Source: a virus. From it: DNA of 64,000 bases. The stretch covers positions 1-64,000 of IMG/VR virus record IMGVR_UViG_3300033153_015023, one strand, 5' to 3'. Shown here piece by piece: positions 37,604-46,813 of this stretch. Position 1 is the first letter of the stretch; the number at the start of each line of letters is the position of its first letter. Below the pieces are notes generated by a model. It was not told the origin of the DNA and ran no database searches. It was given only the letters and a program-made list of their open reading frames with translations. The position numbers and the translations under genes are program-made.

Positions 37604-37856
37604 AGGATTAAGAACATATGGGGCCATTGTTATCCTCGACGATCGAATAACAGAGCTGGAAACTGAAATGAAACAGGTACTAAAAGAATTTGATGAGGTC
37701 GAGAAACAACGCGATGAGTTGCTTGAGATATGCAGAACAGCGGAAAAGACAGCAATAGAAATACACTCTGGCAGAAGGCATGAAGGCTCTATGCCTTGTG
37801 GAATATTGGCAAGAAAACTAGAAGACATTATAGGGAAAATAGAGCTTGTTATATAA
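37596..37856 (+). CDS. Hypothetical coiled-coil protein
   Basis: SD; QRDELLE motif. Confidence 0.6.
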   Translation: MNKGLRTYGAIVILDDRITELETEMKQVLKEFDEVEKQRDELLEICRTAEKTAIEIHSGRRHEGSMPCGILARKLEDIIGKIELVI

Positions 37857-38080
37857 TGTGTAACCACGGTAGGACTATAAATTGTCCAAAATGTAAAGAC
37901 TACTATGCTTGCTTAGCAGAAGAGACGCCAATTGATTGGGATAAGTTTCCACCTGAATTCTGGATTGCTGCACATAGAAGAGTTTTGAGAAGATTAATGC
38001 GAAAGCATCCTGGATTCTTTCTTAAAAGATTTGGTATAATAAGATCGGTTGGAAAGTATGTGCGTGTAGGGAAACCATAA
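37856..38080 (+). CDS. Hypothetical protein
   Basis: TAATG coupling on both sides. Confidence 0.5.
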   Translation: MCNHGRTINCPKCKDYYACLAEETPIDWDKFPPEFWIAAHRRVLRRLMRKHPGFFLKRFGIIRSVGKYVRVGKP

Positions 38081-38406
38081 TGATACTAGAAGACGCATTA
38101 AAATTATTCCAGATTAATATTTCTCAAAGAATGGGGGGTGTAAGAAGCTTTGGAGAAGCAACTACTCGACTAGAGAATCTAAAGAAATCCGCTCGGAAAG
38201 AATATCGTAGGAAGGCAAAAGAGCTTCATCCAGATATAAATGGTTCACATGAAAAGATGGTTGAGTTGAATACTGCAATGCAGTTAATTGGCATGATGCA
38301 TGTAGAACCTCCTCGACCACAACCTGTAGTGATAGTTTATAGACAATCATATCCTAGTTATTCTGAGGGAACCTCGACTACTGGAACGTGTACTTTTTCA
38401 TGGTAA
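38080..38406 (+). CDS. J-domain (DnaJ-like) protein
   Basis: YRRKAKELHPD..G...MVELNTA. Confidence 0.8.
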   Translation: MILEDALKLFQINISQRMGGVRSFGEATTRLENLKKSARKEYRRKAKELHPDINGSHEKMVELNTAMQLIGMMHVEPPRPQPVVIVYRQSYPSYSEGTSTTGTCTFSW

Positions 38407-38417
38407 GGAGATAAAGA

Positions 38418-38693
38418 ATGGGATTTTTAGCAGAAGATACAAAACATGAAGGAGCAGATATTGTTACTAAAGCAACTCAAGCTTTAGCTAAAGAAACAAA
38501 AGCCAGACGTATCTTTCTTTGCTATTCTATCCTTAATCCAGATGCGGTACATGATGATGATGAAGTGGTTTTCTTTTCCGAATTAGTAGATGTTAATCGA
38601 AAATCTCACCCTGTAGAGGAGCTGGCTATTTTGCGGAAATATATTGCTGAATATATTTGTCAACCACCTAATTTTGAAGACGCTAAAAAATAA
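38418..38693 (+). CDS. Hypothetical protein
   Basis: AAGGAG SD. Confidence 0.6.
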   Translation: MGFLAEDTKHEGADIVTKATQALAKETKARRIFLCYSILNPDAVHDDDEVVFFSELVDVNRKSHPVEELAILRKYIAEYICQPPNFEDAKK

Positions 38694-38707
38694 AAGGAGA
38701 ATAAAAT

Positions 38708-38977
38708 ATGAAGTACAGAAAAAAACCAATGGTAGTTGAGGCGATGCAGTTTTGGAATGGTGATGGGAAAAATACTATTAAGGAATGTGAAGAGTTTGTT
38801 AAGAATTCGGCGTATTATTTCTCTGATGTCGATGGATGTTTGCATATTTTTACTCTTAAAGGTGAAATGATATCTAATAACGGTGATTGGATTATCAAAG
38901 GGATTCAAGGCGAATTTTATGCATGTAAACCAGACATATTCGAACAGACATATGAAAGGGTAACGGAGGAAGAATAA
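38708..38977 (+). CDS. Conserved phage protein (KYRKKP/GDWIIKG family)
   Basis: MKYRKKPMVVEA...GDWIIKGIQGEFYACKPDIFEQTYE. Confidence 0.85.
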   Translation: MKYRKKPMVVEAMQFWNGDGKNTIKECEEFVKNSAYYFSDVDGCLHIFTLKGEMISNNGDWIIKGIQGEFYACKPDIFEQTYERVTEEE

Positions 38978-39216
38978 TGGCAATAGGAAAGTTTTCTAAT
39001 GATCGTAGACCACAAAAGAAATCGGGAGCTGTTAAAACTCGAGGTAGTGTTGATGAATCTCGAAATGACGATATTCTGAGAAACAGAGATTTTTCAATGG
39101 AGGAAACAACTATTGGTAAGAGTGGAGTACTCAAACCAATCAGACCTGGTTATAGCAAGTCCGGTGTAAAATCTGTTGGTGGCTATGAAGAAGGTGAAGT
39201 AAGAAAAAAAGCGTAG
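38977..39216 (+). CDS. Hypothetical protein
   Basis: TAATG coupling, GGAGG SD. Confidence 0.6.
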   Translation: MAIGKFSNDRRPQKKSGAVKTRGSVDESRNDDILRNRDFSMEETTIGKSGVLKPIRPGYSKSGVKSVGGYEEGEVRKKA

Positions 39217-39226
39217 GAGGAATATT

Positions 39227-39433
39227 ATGGCTGAAGTTATGTCTGCAGAGAGTCGACGCTGGCAAGCAGAGAGCGATGCGCGTACTTTAATCGATGCGGA
39301 AACAATTAATTTAGACGCTGGTCGAAAGAGAAGAGCATTAACAGAAGCAAAGAAGATTGCTCTGTTAAAAAAGAAAGAAATGAAAGCAGCAGAAAAGGTT
39401 GCTAACAAGAAAACCAAGAAAAAGGGTAAATAA
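39227..39433 (+). CDS. Hypothetical protein
   Basis: AGGAGG SD; WQAESDARTL motif. Confidence 0.65.
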   Translation: MAEVMSAESRRWQAESDARTLIDAETINLDAGRKRRALTEAKKIALLKKKEMKAAEKVANKKTKKKGK

Positions 39434-39434
39434 A

Positions 39435-39653
39435 ATGACTATAGAAGAATGGGAAAAAAGAATGGATACGGCTACGGATGAAGCCGAAATAAAAAGCTTG
39501 TTCAGAAATAAACCGAAGGGAGCAAAGACTATTAGAACAGGTGCTCCGATGGTAGGTGCTGGAGATATGGGCAATGGAGTTGGAGTTCTATTACCTGGAG
39601 ATGCCCGGGGAGATTTACCGCTTCTCAATAGATTGACAAGAAGCAAGAAATAG
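39435..39653 (+). CDS. Hypothetical protein
   Basis: ATG just after the previous stop. Confidence 0.55.
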   Translation: MTIEEWEKRMDTATDEAEIKSLFRNKPKGAKTIRTGAPMVGAGDMGNGVGVLLPGDARGDLPLLNRLTRSKK

Positions 39654-39686
39654 TAAGAGATTCCTTACAAAACAAGGAGTCATTAA

Positions 39687-41348
39687 ATGTACGAAAGAAA
39701 CGACGAACAAGGGATTCGTAAACTCAATTACTCTCGATATAGGAAACTAGTCGAGAAAGGTTATTCTATTGCAGAGGATACTGCAAATACTTCTCTATAC
39801 TACATCAACGAGGATCCATTTGGTAGAACATACTACCAAAAATCTTTAGGTGAGGTAACAATTCGAGATCCTCTTACAGGAAGGATGTATACACAAGAGG
39901 AGTGGGCAACAAAGGAATTTATTGTTGACAATAAAGCACAGTTGGTTGCAAAGGTTAGTGCTGATTTGGTTGTAGGAAAGAGCGTATCTATAAAGTTTAA
40001 GGATACAGATAGTCCTAAAGAAGAAAAAATTGCATGGTTGGAAGAGTTTATAAAATGGAATAAGTTGCGGACTAAACTTTATGAGTCTGCGATGAGAAAT
40101 AGCGGCTTAGGAGATCAATACTTTGAGTTAGAAGTTATAGATGATAAGATAAAGGTTATTTATCGGGATCCATACTATGTGGATATAGAGTATGAAAATG
40201 ACGATGTAAAGTTTTATGAGATTGCGTGGGAGATTGATGTAGAGAAACCTGTCTCTCGAAGTCTTCTTAAAAAGAAGCGGCAAAAAACTACTTACATTCA
40301 AAAGAAGCTTCATTATAAGGGAATGATTCGATGGGAGCTATGGGAGAAGAGGAAAAAGGAAATGATCCCAATTCCTCTCAATGAGAATCCAGAAAATGAG
40401 GAACTGTTGACGCGTGCTTTGAGCGAATCGCATATGAAGACGTTATTGGCTCGAGAGTCCGGAGAGGAATATGAAACCGATGATATAAACTATGTATATG
40501 TAGTTGAGGAGTATACAGGGATAGACACCTTCCTTTTAATTCATTGGCCAAACTATCGAATGTTTGATCTCTTCGGTGTTTCAGATGCCGGTATGATAGA
40601 GAATTTACAAAACGCTCTCAATAACAGACAGACTCAGCTTCACGACATTCTCGACAAGCATGCAGATCCTCCTATGTATGGTAGTGATTCATATTTAGAT
40701 GAGAATGGTAATCTGGTAATGACTGGTGGAGGAGGAAGATACTTTCCAGTTACAGAGGGCGGAGATCCTCCAGGTTATTTAACATGGAATGGGAATATAA
40801 CTGATTCACAGGATGAAATCAAACGTCTCTATGAAGCAATTCTTGACAATACAGAAACTTCGCCAGCGCTACTCGGTAGAGACAAAGGTGGCATAGAATC
40901 TGGTAGAGCTTTGATGTACAAGTTAATCCGATCTCTTGCAATGGCAGCTCGAAAATCTGTGTATATGAAAACAGCAATTAATGAGTTAATTCTAACTGCG
41001 CAGAAACTTGAAGAGATTTGGATAGTTGGTGATGGGATAAAGAGCCTGGATGAAGAGATAAAAACAGAGTGGAGTGATCTTCTTGAAGTAGTGATTGAAA
41101 TTCAGTCTGCTATTCCAACCGACACTCAAGAGATAATTGGTGAAGTTGGGACGTTAGTAGAGAGAGGACTTATTTCAAAGGAAACTGGATTGTTGATTAT
41201 TGAGAAATATTTTGATGAGATTGATCCAGAGACGGAAAAGAAACTACTTGCTGCACAAGAGGATCGGGAAGCGGAATTAGAGAAGAAGAGAATGCCTGAT
41301 CTGTTAGCAGGTATTCCAGAAGAAACAGAACCAGGACTTAATGAATGA
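39687..41348 (+). CDS. Portal protein (SPP1-like)
   Basis: 553 aa; FGVSD..IENLQNALN, YLTWNG, ESGRAL motifs; position before the minor head gene. Confidence 0.85.
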   Translation: MYERNDEQGIRKLNYSRYRKLVEKGYSIAEDTANTSLYYINEDPFGRTYYQKSLGEVTIRDPLTGRMYTQEEWATKEFIVDNKAQLVAKVSADLVVGKSVSIKFKDTDSPKEEKIAWLEEFIKWNKLRTKLYESAMRNSGLGDQYFELEVIDDKIKVIYRDPYYVDIEYENDDVKFYEIAWEIDVEKPVSRSLLKKKRQKTTYIQKKLHYKGMIRWELWEKRKKEMIPIPLNENPENEELLTRALSESHMKTLLARESGEEYETDDINYVYVVEEYTGIDTFLLIHWPNYRMFDLFGVSDAGMIENLQNALNNRQTQLHDILDKHADPPMYGSDSYLDENGNLVMTGGGGRYFPVTEGGDPPGYLTWNGNITDSQDEIKRLYEAILDNTETSPALLGRDKGGIESGRALMYKLIRSLAMAARKSVYMKTAINELILTAQKLEEIWIVGDGIKSLDEEIKTEWSDLLEVVIEIQSAIPTDTQEIIGEVGTLVERGLISKETGLLIIEKYFDEIDPETEKKLLAAQEDREAELEKKRMPDLLAGIPEETEPGLNE

Positions 41349-41501
41349 ACACAGAGGAAGCAGAATTTCGAGTAAAAGAAATAATGGAAGATGTTCGTCA
41401 AGTAGAAAAGCAAAAAGTATTTTTAGGGAAGGGTTGGTGGGGGTGTAAAGAGAGACATCGGTTAGCTCGTATTTTAAGTTGTATAAGAAAGAAAGGAAAA
41501 G

Positions 41502-41882
41502 ATGAAAAGTGTCTTTAAACCAGAAAAATCTTATGGAAATAGATTCTTTAGAACTACCTATGCTATCGTTGCTCGACGATTGAAAATTGATCCCGTTGCA
41601 GAGGGGGCAATTTTACACAAGCGTATTCAGAACCTCTTCTGGGGAAACGACTTTGTTAAGCTGGAGAGTAAAAAAGAAAGAGAGAAGCGACAGGAGCTTG
41701 CAGATCGACTAGTAGATCGGTATGGTAGGCGATCAAGAAAGTTTTATCGAATTTTCCAATTATACTGCTACTCTCGAGGACAGTTGAGAGGGCTCGCTTC
41801 TATGCAAAACTTTATATTAGGTGAAGAAGATAAGCGAGAAAGAATAGATAATAGCATAAAAAAATTATTTAGGGATAATTAA
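41502..41882 (+). CDS. Hypothetical protein
   Basis: 126-aa ORF with SD. Confidence 0.6.
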   Translation: MKSVFKPEKSYGNRFFRTTYAIVARRLKIDPVAEGAILHKRIQNLFWGNDFVKLESKKEREKRQELADRLVDRYGRRSRKFYRIFQLYCYSRGQLRGLASMQNFILGEEDKRERIDNSIKKLFRDN

Positions 41883-41883
41883 T

Positions 41884-42681
41884 TTGAGAGCTGATTTATA
41901 CCAGGGTGATTGTTTACAAGTGATGGATTTACTTATTAAAAAAGGTATAAAAGTAGATGCAATTATTACGGATTTACCTTATGGAATTACGGCGTGCAAG
42001 TGGGATTCAGTTATTCCATTAGAGCCTATGTGGATATTGCTAAAACAACTTATTAAAGACAAGGGTGCTATAGTATTATTTGGTAGCCAGCCTTTTACAA
42101 GTAAAGTAATTGTAAGTAATTTAAAGATGTTCAAATATTGTTGGGTATGGAATAAACGATTGGCAGGAAATGGAATATTAGCAAAAAAACAACCACTAAA
42201 AATACATGAAGATATAATGGTTTTTAATAGTAGGATATATTATCCAGAAATGAGGAAAGGGAGGGCAAGATGGAAAGGTGGGATTAAAGATAAACATGGT
42301 ACTTTCTCAAATGCGGAAAGTAAAAAAGTATGGAATGATAAGTATTATCCAACTTCTATTCTTGAATTTTCAGGAGCAGGGATGAGGTATATAAGAGTTC
42401 ATCCTACTCAAAAACCAATACTATTACTAGAATATTTAATTAAAACATATACGAATGAAAAAGAACTTGTTCTTGATTTTACTATGGGTTCAGGCACAAC
42501 AGGGATAGCTTGTAAAAATCTAAACAGAAATTTTGTAGGAATAGAATTAGATAAGAATTATTTTGAAATAGCAAAATATAGAATTTTAGATATAGCAAAT
42601 AATGATGATAGTATAATATGTCATTTAGAAAGAACTTTATATAGTAAAAGGAGGATAAAGAATGAAAATCAGATTACCTAA
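41884..42681 (+). CDS. DNA methyltransferase (beta class)
   Basis: TDLPYGITACKWD, HPTQKP, LDFTMGSGTTG. Confidence 0.92.
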   Translation: MRADLYQGDCLQVMDLLIKKGIKVDAIITDLPYGITACKWDSVIPLEPMWILLKQLIKDKGAIVLFGSQPFTSKVIVSNLKMFKYCWVWNKRLAGNGILAKKQPLKIHEDIMVFNSRIYYPEMRKGRARWKGGIKDKHGTFSNAESKKVWNDKYYPTSILEFSGAGMRYIRVHPTQKPILLLEYLIKTYTNEKELVLDFTMGSGTTGIACKNLNRNFVGIELDKNYFEIAKYRILDIANNDDSIICHLERTLYSKRRIKNENQIT

Positions 42682-42871
42682 AACAGGAGAGGTGAATGTA
42701 AGGAATGGCAGCCCTCCTTATGTTGCACCGAAGAGATTGGCATGTAATGCAATCGCTCGACATAACCGCAAATGTGAGCAGGCAGAAAAAGCATATCTTC
42801 GAAAATGGGGTGTAGGTAAAAAACATCCTATCGGTATAAAGAAGAGATCAAGAGTGTTGGAGGGAGAATGA
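42662..42871 (+). CDS. Hypothetical protein
   Basis: AGGAGG SD. Confidence 0.55.
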   Translation: MKIRLPKTGEVNVRNGSPPYVAPKRLACNAIARHNRKCEQAEKAYLRKWGVGKKHPIGIKKRSRVLEGE

Positions 42872-43036
42872 AAACAAGTTCCGGAACTGGAAAGAAAGGT
42901 AGTCGAAAAATCGGTCGTAACTCTACAAAAAGTGCTCGTTACAAGTCTCAAGGAATAAGGGAGAAGAATAAAGAAAGACGGAGACTGAAACGAGAGAGAA
43001 AGTTTGCACGTAATAAAGAGAAACGGAGTTTAGTTA

Positions 43037-43672
43037 ATGCCTTATAAAGTAGTGCACAGCGATGAAAACCATATTTGGTATCGTGAAGGAACTACAGATT
43101 TAGAAAGAATTCAGGAGCAACCTATATATCGAGAGTTGTTTTTTAATGATATAGATACCGCTCTCGATGTTGGAGCTCATATAGGAGCATTTGCTCGTTA
43201 TGCAATACAATTTGTTAAAAGAGTTGTTTGCGTGGAACCTGAGAAAGATAATTTTTCGATGTTGCTTCGAAATATAGAGGATTTGAATACCATTATTCCT
43301 ATTCGAGCTGCAGTTACTGATGATAAAAAGCTTTTGTATGGAGGTAGTGCCGCGTTTCGACTGGCAAGTAATCTGTCAGCACACCATTTAGGGGTAAGTA
43401 CGTTACGTGTTCCTGTTATTTCATTTCGAAAGCTTATTTGCGTTTTTGAACCAGATGCAATAAAGATAGATATAGAGAAGGAAGAGAGGAAATTAGATTT
43501 TCAAAATCTTCCTCCTTTTGTAAAGTCTATTGCGATTGAGTATCATCCAGCATCCTCTGGTAGAAGAGTTCACGAGATATTACTAAAGCAAAATTTCGAC
43601 GTTGTTCGATTGCCGAATTTTTTAAAGGGAACTAATGATGTAGGGATTTATCGGAGAGTAAAAAATGCCTAG
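43037..43672 (+). CDS. FkbM-family SAM-dependent methyltransferase
   Basis: LDVGAHIGAFA, VEP...NF, IKIDIE, IEYH. Confidence 0.85.
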   Translation: MPYKVVHSDENHIWYREGTTDLERIQEQPIYRELFFNDIDTALDVGAHIGAFARYAIQFVKRVVCVEPEKDNFSMLLRNIEDLNTIIPIRAAVTDDKKLLYGGSAAFRLASNLSAHHLGVSTLRVPVISFRKLICVFEPDAIKIDIEKEERKLDFQNLPPFVKSIAIEYHPASSGRRVHEILLKQNFDVVRLPNFLKGTNDVGIYRRVKNA

Positions 43673-45404
43673 CAAAGGGTGGTATGTAAATGGGTTGGAT
43701 GAACTCCTCGAAGACTCTATTGATCGGATGAAGGGATTCAACCGTCAATATATGAGAGATATGAGAAGTCTGTTTTCCGTAGAGAAAGTCTTTCAAGGTG
43801 TTGATATGAATGAGTACTCTATCCCCGACCTCAAAAAAATGGCTCTAGATACAATCCACAAAAAGAATTTGCTGGATCCTGCTCACGGTGGAAAACTTCC
43901 AATTCTTTGTAAAGACAAAAAGGTTCGATACTATAATCCAGAGCAGTGGTCAGAAACAATAGCAAGAACGAGATCGAGAGCGCTGCAAGAAAAAGGCTTG
44001 CACAATGAAATGGCGGAAGCAGGATTTGATTTGGTGATTGTGTCTATTGGTGGCTCCGGTGATATGTGTAAACACTGGGAAGGGAAGATTCTTTCTATCT
44101 CTGGAAAGACATCTGGTGTTGAAACGGTAACTCATGCTCAAAGTATTCATTTGTTTCATCCAAATTGCGCACACAGCAGTTCTCCCGTAATTATTACAGA
44201 AGATGAAGCTGGTCCGAAGATATGGGGTAGAAGTGACTTACCTAAGGTTGCAAGAGAGAGTTTGCGACAAATACTAGATCAAGCAAAAGCGTTTCAACTA
44301 GAACTTCAAATGACAGGTCTTCAACAGTTTGCAGGCTCTGTAGCTGCGTTAAAACCTGGTACGCGAAAGTATTTTGTTTATAAAAAGATTAGTGATGGAA
44401 TAGATGAAGATGAGTTAATACGACTTTTTGCAAAAGAGTATGGAATGGACGAAGCTACAGCTCGCGGAAAGGTTCGATTTTATATTAGTGATTTAAAGAA
44501 GAATGCAAAGTTGCCTGTTCTTAAAAAAGATGGATTTCTAAGCGTCGAGAAACCTGTTAAACCGCATTTTGTAAGTTCTGTGAAAGCTTTGAAATCTGAT
44601 ACGAAAGAATATTTTGTCTATAAAAGAATAAAAGTTGGAGTAGATGAACATGAATTGATGAGACTTTTTGCAGAGGAATATGGATTAAAAAAAGCAGAAG
44701 CTCGAGGATGGGTTAAGTTTCATATCCGCAATTTGGAAAAAACTGGAAAGTTGTCTATAGTCAAAAAGGACGGATTCTTAAGCACGGTTAAACCAGTTAA
44801 ACCGCTCTTTGCCGCAGGACCTCCTTCAGAAGAAGAGATGTTACATCCTTGGTTATCTAAAAAAGAGGCGAAAAAACTTATGGGTGATGCTGATCTTGAA
44901 AGACTTGTTAAAGAAGATAGTCCAAAAACAGATTTTGAAAGAAAAGTCTATGACAGAATACGTGATTGGACTAAGAGGGGATATGTTTCTATAAGAAGTA
45001 CTGAACAAGAATTATTTAGTGGAATTGCTGTTGATAAATTAAAAATAAAAGATAGGTTTGTTGATGTAGTATATCTTGAATCGTTTCTTGATAATGCTCC
45101 AAAGTACCATGGTAGTGTTGCTCGAGGGACGAATACTCTGTTAAAAAAGAAGATCGGAGATGTTTATGAAACAAGAGCAATGTCGTCTTTTTCTAAAGGC
45201 ACTCGTCCTACGGAAGCGTTCAGTGAAACGAATACGGTTCTTGTTATTGAAAATAGTAGAAAGGGAGCTGATATTTCTAAACTCTCTGCCGTCGGAGTAG
45301 AAGGTGAGGTGCTTATGCCAAAAGGTCGATATTATATAAAGAAAATCATAGAGAGCTTTGAGACATCTGTTAATCAGAAGATTTATTTTTTAGAAGAAAT
45401 GTAA
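43665..45404 (+). CDS. MuF/minor capsid protein with tandem wHTH-like repeats and C-terminal ADP-ribosyltransferase
   Basis: C..WEGKILS..LFHPNCAH; two ~79-aa repeats; R-S-E ART motifs (ARG, SSFS, EGEVL). Confidence 0.8.
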   Translation: MPSKGWYVNGLDELLEDSIDRMKGFNRQYMRDMRSLFSVEKVFQGVDMNEYSIPDLKKMALDTIHKKNLLDPAHGGKLPILCKDKKVRYYNPEQWSETIARTRSRALQEKGLHNEMAEAGFDLVIVSIGGSGDMCKHWEGKILSISGKTSGVETVTHAQSIHLFHPNCAHSSSPVIITEDEAGPKIWGRSDLPKVARESLRQILDQAKAFQLELQMTGLQQFAGSVAALKPGTRKYFVYKKISDGIDEDELIRLFAKEYGMDEATARGKVRFYISDLKKNAKLPVLKKDGFLSVEKPVKPHFVSSVKALKSDTKEYFVYKRIKVGVDEHELMRLFAEEYGLKKAEARGWVKFHIRNLEKTGKLSIVKKDGFLSTVKPVKPLFAAGPPSEEEMLHPWLSKKEAKKLMGDADLERLVKEDSPKTDFERKVYDRIRDWTKRGYVSIRSTEQELFSGIAVDKLKIKDRFVDVVYLESFLDNAPKYHGSVARGTNTLLKKKIGDVYETRAMSSFSKGTRPTEAFSETNTVLVIENSRKGADISKLSAVGVEGEVLMPKGRYYIKKIIESFETSVNQKIYFLEEM

Positions 45405-45449
45405 AGATAGTAAATAGTATCTTCGTATTATATAATAGAAGGGAATAAA

Positions 45450-45620
45450 ATGACAGAAGATGAAAAGTTTGATAATATATTTAACGAACCTCTCTCAGAT
45501 AGAAGGGGAAAACCTGATCCTAACTACAAGCCTCCACAGAAGATGAAAAGGGAGTCTTGGGAAGAATATTTTGAGAGAGTAGCAAAATATGAAGAGGAGT
45601 ACAAAGAGGAGAAAAAATGA
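45450..45620 (+). CDS. Small acidic protein, candidate immunity partner (not in ORF track)
   Basis: MTEDEKFDNIF...YKEEKK*, 56 aa; own promoter motif at 45400-45432. Confidence 0.55.
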   Translation: MTEDEKFDNIFNEPLSDRRGKPDPNYKPPQKMKRESWEEYFERVAKYEEEYKEEKK

Positions 45621-45901
45621 AGAAGGTTTTTCTAATGGAGTTTGCTTACCTTAAGGATGCAGAAGGAATTGCTGAATCGTTTGGTACAACACCAGAGGAG
45701 TTATCAAATGTATCAGCACAGATGATGAAACTTGGTTGTAAGGATGAGATTACGAAAAAGACTACATCACTAATGGAGTTAATCGAGTCCGGAGAAATTA
45801 CAGGGGGTCAGGTACTAGCACTGACAACTATGCAGTTGGCGGATACACAAGAGAAAGCTATGATTCATTTTTTGAAGACGTTGATGAAAGGAAAAATATG
45901 A
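45617..45901 (+). CDS. Hypothetical protein
   Basis: GAGGAG SD; coupled to queD. Confidence 0.65.
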   Translation: MKKVFLMEFAYLKDAEGIAESFGTTPEELSNVSAQMMKLGCKDEITKKTTSLMELIESGEITGGQVLALTTMQLADTQEKAMIHFLKTLMKGKI

Positions 45902-46248
45902 AAAAGCGATACAGAATCAAATTAGACTTTGATGCAGCTCACTACTTACCTCACTACGCTGGACCCTGTGCCAATCTCCATGGTCATACTTGGCATATTG
46001 AGTTCTATATTACAGTTCCAAAGAAGTTAGATGAGAGTGGAATTGGACTTGATTTCAAGGTTTTGAAAGAAAAGCTGAAAGCAATTCTACCGGATCATCA
46101 ACTTATAAACGACATCATAGAACATCCGACAGCAGAGATTATTGTTGAGAAACTCTATTATAAAGCTGCAATGGAATTTCCGATGATGGTGGAAAAAGTT
46201 ATATTATGGGAGACAGAGAAAAATGGAATTGAGTTTTCCAATAGTTGA
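45898..46248 (+). CDS. queD: 6-carboxytetrahydropterin synthase
   Basis: FDAAH, CANLHGHT, DH..IND, PTAE, LWET. Confidence 0.92.
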   Translation: MKKRYRIKLDFDAAHYLPHYAGPCANLHGHTWHIEFYITVPKKLDESGIGLDFKVLKEKLKAILPDHQLINDIIEHPTAEIIVEKLYYKAAMEFPMMVEKVILWETEKNGIEFSNS

Positions 46249-46813
46249 GGTATTCGATAGCATCCAGGGAGAAGGTGCTCGAGTAGGTACTGCTTGTCGC
46301 TTTGTACGTTTTGCGGGATGCAATTTAAAGTGTGACTTTTGTGACACTGATTACAAAGAGCGAGAAAGAGTTGGGATAGACGAACTTGTGAGAAGGATGG
46401 AAGGAGCTCCTGGAAAGAATATTGTCATTACCGGCGGTGAACCTACTATTCATAAAGATCTACTTAAGTTTGTTTGGAAATTACGTGCTCATGGATATCA
46501 TATCGCTCTTGAGACAAATGGTGAAAACAACGTTGGGTTTGAGGTCGATTGGCTCACGGTTTCTCCAAAGAGTTATTTGTTTAATCAATTATACGGTGAT
46601 GAAATGAAGGTTCTTTGGATGCGTAATAATGCCTCTGATAATGCTGTCCGCTCTCATTCTTTACGAAGAGGTAGTAATTTTAAACACTATTTCATCCAAC
46701 CAATTGAGCGAAAAGGTAAGTTTGAAAAAATAGATGAGATAATAGAATTTATAAAGGAGAATCCAGAGTGGAGACTGAGTATACAAGCACATAAGATATT
46801 AGGAATTCGTTAA
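46223..46813 (+). CDS. queE: 7-carboxy-7-deazaguanine synthase
   Basis: SIQGEG, FVRFAGCNLKCDFCDT, ITGGEP, ETNG, VSPK, WRLSIQAHK. Confidence 0.93.
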   Translation: MELSFPIVEVFDSIQGEGARVGTACRFVRFAGCNLKCDFCDTDYKERERVGIDELVRRMEGAPGKNIVITGGEPTIHKDLLKFVWKLRAHGYHIALETNGENNVGFEVDWLTVSPKSYLFNQLYGDEMKVLWMRNNASDNAVRSHSLRRGSNFKHYFIQPIERKGKFEKIDEIIEFIKENPEWRLSIQAHKILGIR

